Source of the DNA: Callorhinchus milii
Taxonomy: Eukaryota
NCBI RefSeq assembly: GCF_018977255.1
Contig: NW_024704748.1
Coordinates: forward strand, 17,732,001-17,796,000
Direction: 5' to 3'
Length of the DNA stretch: 64,000 nt
Made by a program: the position numbers and the translations under genes. Positions 24,843 to 36,860 of the stretch are shown one piece after another (the stretch's first letter is position 1; each line of letters starts with the position of its first letter). A model generated the notes under the pieces. The model made no database searches, was not told where the DNA came from, and saw only the letters and a list, made by a program, of their open reading frames with translations.

Positions 24843-24995
24843 TCCTGAAGACTTTCCTGTTCGACTGCACTTACCGCCACCTCCCCCCTCAGCCCGGCTT
24901 AGAGTCAGGCTCCGCCACTGTTAAGTGCTCTGAGACGCTACCCTGCATGGAGGGCGCTATATAAGTGCATGTTGTTGTGGGTGGTTGTTGTTGTA
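24843..24995 (+). mobile_element. L2 3' end
   Basis: LKTFLFD plus a tail ggcgctatataagtgcatgttgttg. Confidence 0.78.
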
Positions 24996-25907
24996 GCTGG
25001 AGCCAGTTTATTTCCCTCGCCCCACCAAAAAAAATTAAGTGTGTCATGTTAGGTGGAACACACATTCGATCCAAAGTGTAGTTCTTAGAATATCTCAGTT
25101 AAGGTTTTGCCCATAAATTCCCCTGGTTCCGCCATAATGCAAATGGATTTATTATCTGCTCAGTGCAGTATTTCACTTGGGTGTAAACAGTTCTGCTTCA
25201 GGGCAGAGCCCAAACTTTTATAAATAATTGTTGGAAAAGATGAAATACACCAAAGCCAGATAAAAGTAAGTTATAGTTCAAGTGGAGGCTCCTTCTAATA
25301 GTATCTGAGTCAGACTAGGTGAACTAGGAAAAGAATAGATCTAACTTTGACAGAAAGCAAATTTTCTCTATTCTCATTCATGTGTGGTCCTGCCGTGAGC
25401 TACCCAGATTTCTTACAACACTAAACAGTTGGTTTGTGTTTTTTATATATATATATATATATAATAGCATCATGCTGAAGACAGACAGCATCGTGCAAAA
25501 TCTTTCACAATAACATTACTACAGCCAGTACACAATCAGTGCCTCAGTTTGTTCCTATTTAAATGTACACCAAACTTTTTAACTTGAATTACTTAGGGTC
25601 TTAAGACGGGTCTTGATTGAGTTTCAGAGGGTGGAGGCAGAGTGGCAGAAGGCCCGCTCCCCAGTAGTGGCGCGAGCGAGGCGGGGGACATTAAGCAGGC
25701 CAGAGCCCGCTTCCCATTGCATGATTCTATTTCTCAAATGAGTCCAGTATGCTGGTCTCGATTACACTCACCTGGCAAACCATTTTAGCTGTTGATTTGC
25801 CCTCTGGCTAAAGAAATACTTTATTTTTATCCCCAAATTTCCCTTCACAGCCCACATCCTATGCCTTGTTGTGCTACCTTAGTACATTAAAATATTGTTA
25901 TTGTCTG

Positions 25908-26035
25908 AGGTGCGCAATTGGCTGCTGCGTTTCGCCCACAAAACACACAGTAACTACAGTATATTCTGTGAAGCGCTTTGAGACATCTCGAAGATGTAAT
26001 AAGGTGTTATATCAAATGCAAGGATTATTATTATT
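25908..26035 (+). mobile_element. SINE 3' fragment
   Basis: gcgcaattggctgctgcgtttcgcccaca..caaatgcaaggattattatt. Confidence 0.82.
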
Positions 26036-29000
26036 AATACTTACAGGTTAATCGGTGTCCCAGGCAACATGTTTGTTATTGCCTATTGCCATCCTTCAAA
26101 GAAGTGGTCAATGTTAGAGTGAACTTTTGTCACATGCTACCTCTTAGTGATTCAGCTATGTGAAAATTAACTTAAAATTTATTTTTAGCAGCTCCTTCAC
26201 CTGACTGGCACGTCTTTCAGTATAAGCACTTTATTGACTGGCTGAGCATGAAACAGCCTCACACTAGATCTGCCCAGTTGACTAAGGTGGACATGAACAA
26301 ATTTTGAAACTGGATAGTTTAAATGCAATGTATATTATGTATTATTATATACACAGCTTTATATGAAGCTGTGTTAGGTGCAGTCACACTCGAGTATTGG
26401 AAATTCAAACAATTTAAAAATAAAATATTTTCCAACTATTGAAATTAGAACTTAATACTCACTAGTACTGAGCCTAAGTCTGTGGACCAGCTGGCAAGGG
26501 TTGTATCAGATCAAATCTTTATTTAAATTTTTTTACAATTTCTATTTGATATAAAGTTCACATGATTAAGGTGAACAAAAGATGCATTTGTTTTAATTAA
26601 ATAAATTATTTGGTACCAAGACTTGTAATAGGCTCTCTGGATGATTTAGGGCTGAGAAGTGTCAATTTGTCCATAAGTAGCTGTTGTTGGGAGAGATGCT
26701 GAGATTTCTTAATGTGTCTCTGGTGTTCCTGTAGGTAATAATTCTCCTTTCAGAATCCTATTGACCTGAACTCTTGCTGAACTGATGACATTTCTTCAAG
26801 GGCAAAGTCGTGTTCTCAGTGGAAAAAAAAGAATCAATTTTTAAGAGGCTTTCCACTTGGAAAGTGATTCACTGTTTAGCACAGTTTCTGCGTGAAAAAG
26901 CTTTTGTGAATGCACATGAAGGCCTGGCAGGGGTTATAGTTTATTACCAGTGCAGTTCTGGTAAAAGGATTCTGGCAGTATTGCTACGTGCTTGTGTTCT
27001 CAAGCTGAGAGAAATCGTGACACCCTGGGAATCCTCATCCACTTTGGGTACATCTCCACTCTTTCCCTAACATTGCCATCTCCTTTCTGACTCATATCAG
27101 ACTGCGATTCTTTGTTGACAGTATCTTTCTACTTGTATATCCAATGATATACATGTGCATGGAATTAACTCCCTCCCAATATCTGTGCTCAATCACAGGA
27201 GTGAATGAGCAAGAAAAGATGAACTGCCCCAATAAGTGCAAACAGAATAAATAAAAGGAACACCAGGATCCAATATACAGGATTTCTAATGGAATTCCTT
27301 ATTAAAGAATTGGCCTAGAGATTTCCATTGAACTGTCGAAACCTCACACTGGAAGTAAATTGTATCGTAGGATGTTCCTGTGGGTTTGGGTGATGTACCC
27401 CCGATTACTAATTTCTTCTATGTAATATTACTTGCCCAGTTACTGAAGTACTAAGTCCTTGGACACAACCACTGTGCAAGTCATATCCTGAGAGAGATTT
27501 ACTGGAATATGTCATGAGCAACACCACTTCAAATGGACACAAGCTGTTTTAAGTTGAAAAAGGAGTGCTGGGAAAATCTATTTAGAATGAGTTACCCCAG
27601 ACCATGCTGGGGACATTTCAAAACCTTTCCTCAACCTGCAGGAAATCATTCCTAAACTAAAAATAGAAGTTGGCATTGGCAAATAGAGGAGGGAATAACA
27701 AATTGTAATGGTCACAAAGCATCAGAAGCAGGAGAACAGAACAATCCAACTGGTGAAACAGAGGGTTGGATTGAACCTCTTTGTATTTTGTGCCATTCAT
27801 TTTACATGCTGAAGGACTATTATTTTATATCATTATTAAGATGTGAGAATTTTACAGCTAAGCAAATCACAATGTACATGTACAGTATATTGATTCTGGG
27901 AAAACCTGGATATTTGCTCACTGTGCAAATTTTATTTTGCATGGTTTGGAATGCAACTGCAACTTTCTCTCCCTGGTCAGTATTTTGTACCAATAACAAT
28001 TTTGTTCTAATATATAGGATCATAACCATGGGATCCATTTTTGACTTGGGCAGAGGACACAAAGAGGCCATATATTTCACTGTCCAATTCTTTTTGCCTT
28101 CTAAATTGGGTGTTCACATGTCTTGGTTGTGAGTATTCAATCCTGACTGACAACAATATTATAGTAACTTCCTTTGGAGGAAAGTATGTGAATCTCTTTG
28201 TAGCTCCCAAAATTGACTAATTACGCAACTGCCAGTTCAGATTAATTGTGCATTCTATCACAAGACTTCCAGGAGCACCTTTCCACTCTGCAAAACTGTG
28301 TACGCCTTAGACATACAGACAGACTGACTGACGGGACAAGATTTATGGTGTTTATGATAGGGGAATTTCCCACTGTTTTTGTTAAAACAATCACTATTGC
28401 TGAATGAATTCTCCTTCGCTAGACTTGCAAAAAAAACTTTACTGAGAAGCTGACCACTTTACCAAGACTATACATACCCACGTAATTTAAGCAAATGAAG
28501 CAGATCTCTCCAGAATAGATATTGCTAGTTCCCAGGCAGTAGGAAATCTGACAGACCAACCAACAAGCTGTTGGAATCAGGAGGCTTAGCAATTAGTATT
28601 CAGTATGGTGTTAGTGTTTAAGCACCTTGCTAAAGAAACCACAATATTGTTACCATTTAATTTAATAGTTTTAAAGTGTAGATTTCTCATAAAGTTGATT
28701 TTGTGTATGTCTTTAAAAGTCTGTCCAAATTCTAAAATCTCTAACTTGCTTTGCCATAAAAGGAGTGTGAGCACCATGGAATCTGCTTTCTACTATATGT
28801 TTGTTGAAGCCTGTCTGTGGGTCTGGCAAAATTACTCATTTGGTGTTTGAAGAGAAACATTGTTTAATTCTCTTTGAATGATATGTGTCTTTCAAGAATA
28901 TAATGGTACCAGATTTTAGATGACACCCGTATTTTCTGGTCTACATTATTAAACATCAAAAGTTTGCCGTGGTCAGCAAATGCCTTTTTATTTTGTGAGC

Positions 29001-29469
29001 AGGTACCAAAGGATTTGATAGCTAAACAAGAACTGACAAGAAACTCATTGCTTGCCAGTACTGATATCATCTCTGTTTCTGTCTTGTTTGTCAGCATTTG
29101 ACTGTCTTTCCAGCAGTTTGTATTTCCTGATTGACGGATATGAGAGGTGGATTTCTTTATAAAATAGTTGTGGTATGTCAGCATTTTCCAGGCTTCTAGC
29201 ATCAGAAAAATGGAATAAGCGTGCACAATTTTGATGATGTGATCATAGAAATGAATGGACGTTCTCAGCTGTTTAAGAAATTTGGCTTAATTCCTTCATT
29301 GTGTTCACTGTGAACCAACTCATTGATTTCTCCCACTGAACAAGGTGCAAGCCTCCACCAAGTCTGGTTTCCCTTTTGTATCATTTTCCTTGTTCTATAC
29401 TTTTACAGCTGCTGCTCTATGAGCATTAAATGATCATAGTGTAGAAATTCCAGCTGTTGATTACCCTCC

Positions 29470-29650
29470 AATAATAACAACAACTTGCATTTATATAGCG
29501 GCCCTCACACAGGGTAGTGTCCCAGAACGCTTGCCAATGGCGGAGCACAACGCCAAGCCGGGGGCAGATGATTGTAGGCCCGGTCGAATAAGAAGGTCTT
29601 CAGGCATGACCTGAAGATGGAGAGGAAGGGGCAAGGCGGAGAGAAGGAGG
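29470..29650 (-). mobile_element. L2 3' end
   Basis: caacaacttgcatttatatagcg..aaggtcttcagg. Confidence 0.75.
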
Positions 29651-29791
29651 AAGGATGTTGGATACTTCTTGGAAAGCATTGGGTTTGACTGTGATATCTT
29701 TGCTGAGTTTGACTGTGTTGCCTCTGCTGTAGTCCACTAAAATTAATGTGCCAAATGGCAAGATACTCTTGTTGCCTGTGGAACTATATAA

Positions 29792-30109
29792 AAATAATAA
29801 TAATAATCCTTGCATTTGATATAGAGCTTTTCACATCTTCTCAACATCTCAAAGCGCTTCGCAGAATATGCTGTAAAGTGAATTGACCGTATATTTGTGG
29901 ACGAAACGCGGCAACCAATTGCGCACAGCAGTGTCTCACAAACAGTCGTGGATTGAAAATGACCAATTTATTATTGTTTTTTGTTTTGGAGAGATTATTA
30001 TTAGGCGTGTGGAGTGAGGAAACTTGCCCAAGGTTTCGCCCTGCCTGGAATTGAACCCAGGAGTCTCGCTTGCAAGGCGAGTGCTCTAATCACCGAGCTA
30101 CAGGACTCC
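29792..30109 (-). mobile_element. Full-length tRNA-derived SINE
   Basis: Near-identical to the 15051-15373 copy; ends gctacaggactcc. Confidence 0.92.
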
Positions 30110-32369
30110 AAACAGCATCAGGAAAGAAGCTGCCTCTAGAAATATCCATTTAAGGACTCTTAAACCTTATTTGATCAGGTTGAGTCAAAAACAAATGGCA
30201 AATTGAACTATACAAAGTTTATCTATTTGCTCAGAAGATTGTAAGCTGTAAACAATTATAGTACTTTTTTTTAAAATCAGAAAGCTGACTAAACCTGGAG
30301 TGATGGCTCTTACTTTAAGTGAGTCAAAGCAATTCTCTTGAATACCTCAGGGAGGAAAACTGCCATTAATTTCACCTCCAACAATGGGTTTTGAATCAAA
30401 TGGAATAAAGATTCTGACTTGGTTTCCATTTCTCACCTGTTGACTTATTGCTCAATAGACAGTGGTCATTTTGAAAGAGTTCGGTCTGTGATTCATTGCT
30501 GACCAACCTAGTATTGTGTAGATACTGTGATTTCTCACTCTCCTCAAATATCCACAAATTGATGGATCTTTATTTTTATTCAGCTAGATTGAAATAGAAT
30601 AATTTCTGTATTACACAATGCGCTGTAGGTTTTACTATTTTCAGTTTTCAGAAAGTATTTATTTCCCCCTGGTGCAGCGCCTGATTGTTTACCTCTCATG
30701 GTTCCATCACAGTGTTTGCGTGTGGTTTTATGTCAGAACATTGTGGACATTTTAGATGTACTTTCCTTTCATCCAAATTTAATTTGCATTTGTCATCTCT
30801 ATTTGACCCACTAAGATTAAAAANTGGTGACCCCTAATTTACTTACTTAGCTTACTTACTGAGGCCATAATGTTAAATTCTGTAAAATCTAATAATATAG
30901 GTCAAACACTACATTTTGGTGAAAGTGAGGAAATGCATGAATCCAATTGCAGTCCACATAGGTTTAAGAGTATGAGTACATCCCTTTCTTCAAATTTCCA
31001 CATTTATAGTAGAATCACAATAGAGAACTTGGCTTGGAAAATGTTAACTAAAGTGATTAAAAGCCAGGCCTGATTCTGTGAGTCTCAGATAAACACATGA
31101 TTCTCTGTTTGGTGTAAGCATCAAGCATTGCATTACAAAGGCAAAACGTAAATTAAATTGACAGGGAAATAAAATCATTCGAGTTAAAATCCCTCTGTTT
31201 GTGGCAACAATTTGTGCGGCTCACTGCTCATTACTCCACAACCCATCTAAGCAGACCAAAAATCCTTCACTTTGGAAAGTGAGCCCCTCCGTAGCCTGCT
31301 ATAGTGTTTTCCAAGTAGAAAAATGGGTGTTTGTGTATTTCATTGTGCAGTTAGTGCCTGTGGTGGGAGAATTCACATAGTTAATCTATCAGCATTTCCA
31401 CTGTGCATAGTTGATGTGAAAACAAGGAGGGGGTAGATCTGGCCAATAACTGTTTTTCAAACAGATGCTGAATAAAATGGTTTCATTCTCTTGCAACGAG
31501 ATGTATAGAAGAGGGAACAGCAGGAAGTGCAGCAATGTCCTATCTAATGGTTTAGATGACAGGGCAGTTCCTACATGTCCTCTTAACTCTGAGATTGGAT
31601 TGCTAACTCAAATCTGCTTGCTATTGATTTCTCATAATTCCTACTTTTTTTAAAAAAAATTGTTCAATTTATTCTGCTGCTTTTTGTCTGTCTGGAAAAC
31701 ATGAGGTAAAGAAACTGTGGGTATGTATTCGGTAGAGTGCACTGTTTGTTTTGGTTTTCCTTGTGATACATCACATTTTTAATACTTTTCAGGATTTTGA
31801 AATAAGCTGGTGGTTAGAGGAAAAGGTTTAGAAAAGGTTCAAGGTGGTGAGAAATCATTGTTGCAGACTTGTAGGAAAGTAACCTCAGTGGTCCTTAGTC
31901 ACTGCATAAGCTTGAAGAGTTCACTGGAGGAAAGGTGTCTGAGCTGTTGATTGGGATTTGTGGATTGGGATACCTTACATCTGAGCATGTGTAATATCTA
32001 GAGCAATGAATAACTCCTTCAAATAAAATATTTTAAAGTAAAATATATATATTCTACTTTTAAGATGTTGTTCACTGTACTTTGTGCTAAATTACTGCCC
32101 GTGGGGTGGGTCAAGGGAGGTGCTCCCAACCTCAGCTGCTGCAGTTGTATAATTGGTTCCTGAGGGTCATCCATCACTGACCAAAGGCAATTTACTACTT
32201 GGTGCTAACTTCTCCAATAGATAACTCAGGTGTGGATTTGAAACAGGCAGTGCTTTTTGTGCACAATGTTGTGACACAATGCAGCCAGGTTACTGAATGT
32301 AACAAGACTGTTTGTATTGGCCCTTCAGCACCCAAGAGGAGAGTAGATTTTCAGGGATGGTTACAAGAT

Positions 32370-32524
32370 AATAATAAAAATAATAATCCTTGCATTTGAT
32401 ATAGTGGCTTATCATGTCTTCGAGATGCCTCAAAGCGCTTCAGAGAATATATTGTAAAGTGAATTGACACTATATTTTGTGGGTGAAACGTGGCAGCCAA
32501 TTGCGCACAGAAGTGTCCCACAAA
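32370..32524 (-). mobile_element. SINE 3' fragment
   Basis: aataatccttgcatttgatatag..cagccaattgcgcacag. Confidence 0.82.
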
Positions 32525-32989
32525 GATGGGCCTATTTGAAATTGGTTTCAGAATTTCACAATGTTATGCTTGGGCTGGGGTTTGGAAAGTGGCTTAGCAA
32601 TTTTGCCTGTTAAAAACTGTCTGCTGAAGCATGAATTTTTGAAGTATTTCTTCAGGAGAAGTAATCCCCACCTTGCTCTTTCTACTTGGGGTCTCTGAAA
32701 AGTGGAAGCAGAAGATTATTTTATTGGTCCTAATTGTTGTTTGTTGGCAGACTGCATTCCTGTCCAAGTACTAAAAGGTTACATTTAACTTTTGGGTAGA
32801 TTACTTTATCTGAACATCTGGCTGGTGTAAGAATTCTATTATGGATATGTAATGTCTGCTGGCTACTCACCCTCTCTATTACCAGGGAAATCAAGATGAA
32901 AAGATATTCAGCAAAGTTCCTTTTGAGGGGCAGTAGAAGAATCTTAAAGATTGGGTCTGACACATGTGGTGCAGTGACTCACTGATATA

Positions 32990-33218
32990 CTCCATTCATT
33001 TTGTCATGGTTAATGAACAAAAATGCATTACACTTTCATTGACCCAATGGACTTTTCTACAAATAAAAACAAGCTTGGGTTCTAAAGTACCTTTGCTGGA
33101 GTACCTAGAGTACCAAATTCCTAAGCTAGGACCCAAGCTTGTTTTTTGTAGAAAAGTCCATTGTGTCATTGAAAGTGTAATGCATTTTTGTTCATTAACC
33201 ATGACAAAATGAATGGAG
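32990..33218. repeat. Long near-perfect inverted repeat (~95-bp arms, ~42-nt spacer), MITE-like
   Basis: ctccattcattttgtcatggttaatgaacaaaaatgcattacactttc..aagcttgggt is mirrored by acccaagctt..gaaagtgtaatgcatttttgttcattaaccatgacaaaatgaatggag. The mirror-image ORFs 32964+ and 32996- reflect this. Confidence 0.95.
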
Positions 33219-33280
33219 AATATAGAAATCTTTGCTTCCATTTATTCAGGCAGAGGTTGTGCATTTTGTACAATATTTAG

Positions 33281-33367
33281 AAATGTTAATTTATGTCCAT
33301 TTACTTATATTTTGCAGGTAAGTCCTCTTTGAAAGGATGTTATACTTTAGCTGGAATAACTGTAAGT
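33281..33367 (+). other. ANK3: Candidate recursive splice site (3'ss AG 33316-33317 fused to GTAAGT) and 44-nt RS/poison exon 33318-33361
   Basis: Sequence reads ttacttatattttgcAG|GTAAGTcctctttga...ggaataact|GTAAGT. There is an AG-free zone upstream and an in-frame TGA inside the exon. Confidence 0.7.
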
Positions 33368-35859
33368 ACTGCTTTCCTTGATGCATGAATGAAATTAGAA
33401 TTACATTTGCAGAGTTTCCAGATATTGTATGGAGACAATGTAAATGTAAAAGTTTTAACTACATTAGTAAATGAGGGGTTGAACCTATTGAACCTCTAGT
33501 GAAGCTTTATCTGAGAGTTAATTCAGGACAGACTCTATATAAATCCCAGGCTAAACATACTTGCACCTTGAATTAACTCTAGATGTGTGTGTGTAGCCTT
33601 AGAACGCTGTGCTGAGCTCATGGAAATCCCCCCCTCCCCTCCCTCTCCGCTGTAATATAGGTATTTGTGTAAGGAGAACATGTTGTTACTTGTGGAAAGC
33701 AAAATAAAATACGATGGCTGAAAATGTACAACTTTTGGTTTGGTAATGTTTTAAACATGACATCTGCACAACTATGAGCTTTTAAATCAAACTAAAGGAA
33801 AATTTAATTTCAATAGAGCATTAAAGTTTATTAGTTTGGGATTAATTTTTGTTTTATTGCAGTGAGGATTTTGTGAATGTAATGATATTTTGGCTGCAGC
33901 TTTTATAATTGAATCAGGCATTTGCAACTCAGAGGTGTGCCACAATGCTTTTCAATGGGAATAATATCCCTCATCTTTATATTGAGCGTCTTAATGACTT
34001 TATTTTCCATTGTTGTAATGAGACTTGCTTGCAGTAAATTGATCCAAGATCATTTGGGTGCCTTGGGAACAAATTTGCTCAATGAGACCTGCCATCCTCA
34101 CAGGTCCACTTGCAAGAAACCGATTGCCAACTTAAGGAACAATCCTCCATAGTTGTACTTGGCAAGCCTCAAAATAAATGAACTTGAAACCATGAGGATT
34201 TGCTGAAACAAACCTGCTCCACATTGTTAATAATTGCCCAATTGTAATTTGAGCATGAAAGATGTCAAATGTTCTTTCCAGGTGAAGAATACCCAACCAT
34301 TAGGTGTAAAGAATAAAACAAATTTACTTTCACAAAATGACTATGTGTTACTGGAAACTGAGGGCAATTATTGACATAAGATATACAATTTGGCATCTGG
34401 TGAACAGCCAATTTTCACCTTAGTTTCCATTTAATTGCTTCTTTCTTCTCACTTTGCCAACTCCCGTGTGTTGTCCCTATCAGAAAGGCAGGAGAATGCA
34501 GCCTATATATGGACACATGAAGGATTGTTGCAACTTCGAACAGCAGGAGTCGCACTTGTGATATACAAGCTACTATCCTTGCATGATCACATTTTCTGGC
34601 TGGAACTTTTGTTTTGGTTAGCTGGGTGTCTGACACATGCAGACACCCATCACCATGCTTAACATATCCAAACCAGACTGAGAGTTCCATGTATGTATGC
34701 CTCCTACACATGGAAATGTTCTTGGCCATGATGATTTGACTAAAACTGTCAAAACTCCTTATCTTGTGAATTATGAATATTAATAATGAAGAGGTTTTAG
34801 TGATGTGTCACTGGCCTGCTTTTACTTTTTTTTAACTAAATTAATTAAATTACTTAAATCCAAAATGCTGTGATGACATCGCAAGTTCATCAGCATCTAA
34901 CAGTGAGAAAGGTTAATGCTATAGGAATGATTATTCATCAGAAGTGGGTCTCGGGTATCAACACAGAGCTCCTCTGACTAATCCTGGACTAATTCTGATT
35001 TTAGTAAAAAGCCAGCCAAGAGATTGGCTCATTAGCATCATTATAATCTGTTGCATTTTGCTTAATTAGATGCTTTATCAGAATTGATTGCATTATAATT
35101 GGATTCATCATGCAACTTTGGAGTGAGCTGAATCTTGACTTGATGTTTCTAAAGCTTGACTTGTACTGTATGTTTGATTTATCAACTGAATTGTATGGAA
35201 TTGATATCAATTGGACTATAAATCGGGTATAAAACTGATGCTGATTGATTAGATGTCAGTAGGAGCAGCAGCAGAGCTTACAATTAGTCTCCGTGGCCCT
35301 GGGCTAGGGAGAGCAAATGTGCCTTACTTCTTCACCACTATCTGGTGACCCATGCAGGAAAGTGTGTCTGTGTCTGCGTGTGGAATACAAAATGAGGAGA
35401 AGATCAGACTTGGATGTAGTTTGTGTCCCTGTCACCTGTATTCCCACCCGAATAAACTCAAATATCTTGTGGATTCTTGTTGTCTAGGTTTACATGTGAA
35501 GCTAAAGGAGGGGGAGAAATGGGCGGAATGAAAGTTAATATTTTTTTAAAAGGAATATTGATACTGAATCACCATTGCTGTTTTATATCATTACTCCTCA
35601 CTTTCCATGTCTAAAAAAAATTGGCAGCATTCATGCAAAGCCGATTGCAAAATATTCTACACAAAAAGAGTAATGAATCTGAGTAACCTTTAGGTGTCAG
35701 TATTTTCTATCTTATCACAAAATGATGCTGCTGGATGTGAGGATGAACAAATACCATCTTTTTGTATGTGATTTGATGTTTACCCAGTAAATTCAGAAAC
35801 AGTAATGATCAGGGAAACTGAACAGCAAAACCTGTGTGAATTGTTTCTGTGGTGACGGG

Positions 35860-36320
35860 AAGCTTAACTAAGCCAAACCCATTAACACCATGGCTACAAG
35901 AGCAAGGCAGAGATTAGGTGCTCCTAGAAGAGTGGCTCAGCTCCTAAACCCTCAAGCCTTTCCACCATCTACAAGGCTCAAGTCAGGAGTCTAATGGAAT
36001 ACTAGTGACTTCCCTGGATGGGTGCAGCTGCAACTCAGTCAAAGTTCAACACCATTCAGGAGAGAGCTGTTTGTTTGATCGGCATCCAGACTGCTTGAGT
36101 CAACATCCACTCCCTTTCCCATTAAACAATGGCTGCTGTGTGTCATACTTGTAGAATGAACTATAAGCAACTCGCCATAAATGAGCAAGCTCTCCCAGCC
36201 CTGCATCCTCCACCACCCAGAAGAATAAGAACAATATCATTTTGGGAACACTGTCACTTCCGTTTCCCTCCAAGTTGCACACCATTCTATACTTGGCATA
36301 TATCATTGCTCTTTCCTTTG
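35860..36320 (+). mobile_element. Degraded non-LTR retrotransposon RT C-terminal fragment (family distinct from the L2 and CR1 copies here)
   Basis: LSTIYKAQVRSLMEY..PWMGAAA..FNTIQERAVCLIG-like translation interrupted by stops and frameshifts. Confidence 0.7.
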
Positions 36321-36707
36321 TGATTTCTAGGGTTTTTAATATTATGCTTCTTAGCTGTGGTGATTATGAGGTTCCTCTTAGTTATTTCAATATATTAGAG
36401 GCAAAACAAGGCACTCATTGGCTGATAGTTATATTCACAGGTAGGTTGGGAACTATTTAGCAATGAGGAGTATAGGGTTGAAATGCCAGTGTTGGGGGGA
36501 ATAGCAGGTTGACTAGAGAAAGCTTAAGAGTAATTGGGGTATCATCTGCGATGGCCCCATTTTAAGTTTGGATCTTCTCAAGTGATTAACTTGTTACTTG
36601 AGTGAACTAAGGTTATCAGACAGGATAATAACCACGACAATCAATTTGTTCCAATGTTTATGGTTTATTTTTGATATTGGTTGTTTTGACGCCCCATCTG
36701 ATTTGAA

Positions 36708-36860
36708 TCAACAACACCAAATTACATTTATGTAGCGCCTTTCACGTCAGGAGGACGTCCCAAGTTGCTGGACAGTCAGGGGGTTGGGATCAGGAGGGGT
36801 GTAGGGAGGGTAGAGGTAGGAGAGTGGCCGAAGGCACGGTTGAAGAGGAAGAGGGAAGGG
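36708..36860 (-). mobile_element. L2 3' end
   Basis: tacatttatgtagcgcctttcacgtcaggaggacgtccc..gaaggcacggttgaagaggaa. Confidence 0.78.

Noticed and set aside
26720-26740. Other AG|GT junctions (gtag|gtaata here; ccag|gtgaag ~34281; atcag|gtgaga ~59906) as recursive sites
   Set aside because: Weaker regenerated donors and no clear downstream RS-exon donor; such motifs are expected by chance, and one borders a repeat.
31793-31825. Possible 33-nt in-frame micro-exon (DFEISWWLEEK) as the short second exon of the ANK3 1a isoform
   Set aside because: Good acceptor but weak donor (AAG|gtttag) and no similarity to the recalled human peptide GGFGSDYSRSSRK. I could not locate that exon anywhere in the window.
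32964-33241. Two similar ORFs on opposite strands suggesting a duplicated gene
   Set aside because: An artefact of the DNA palindrome.
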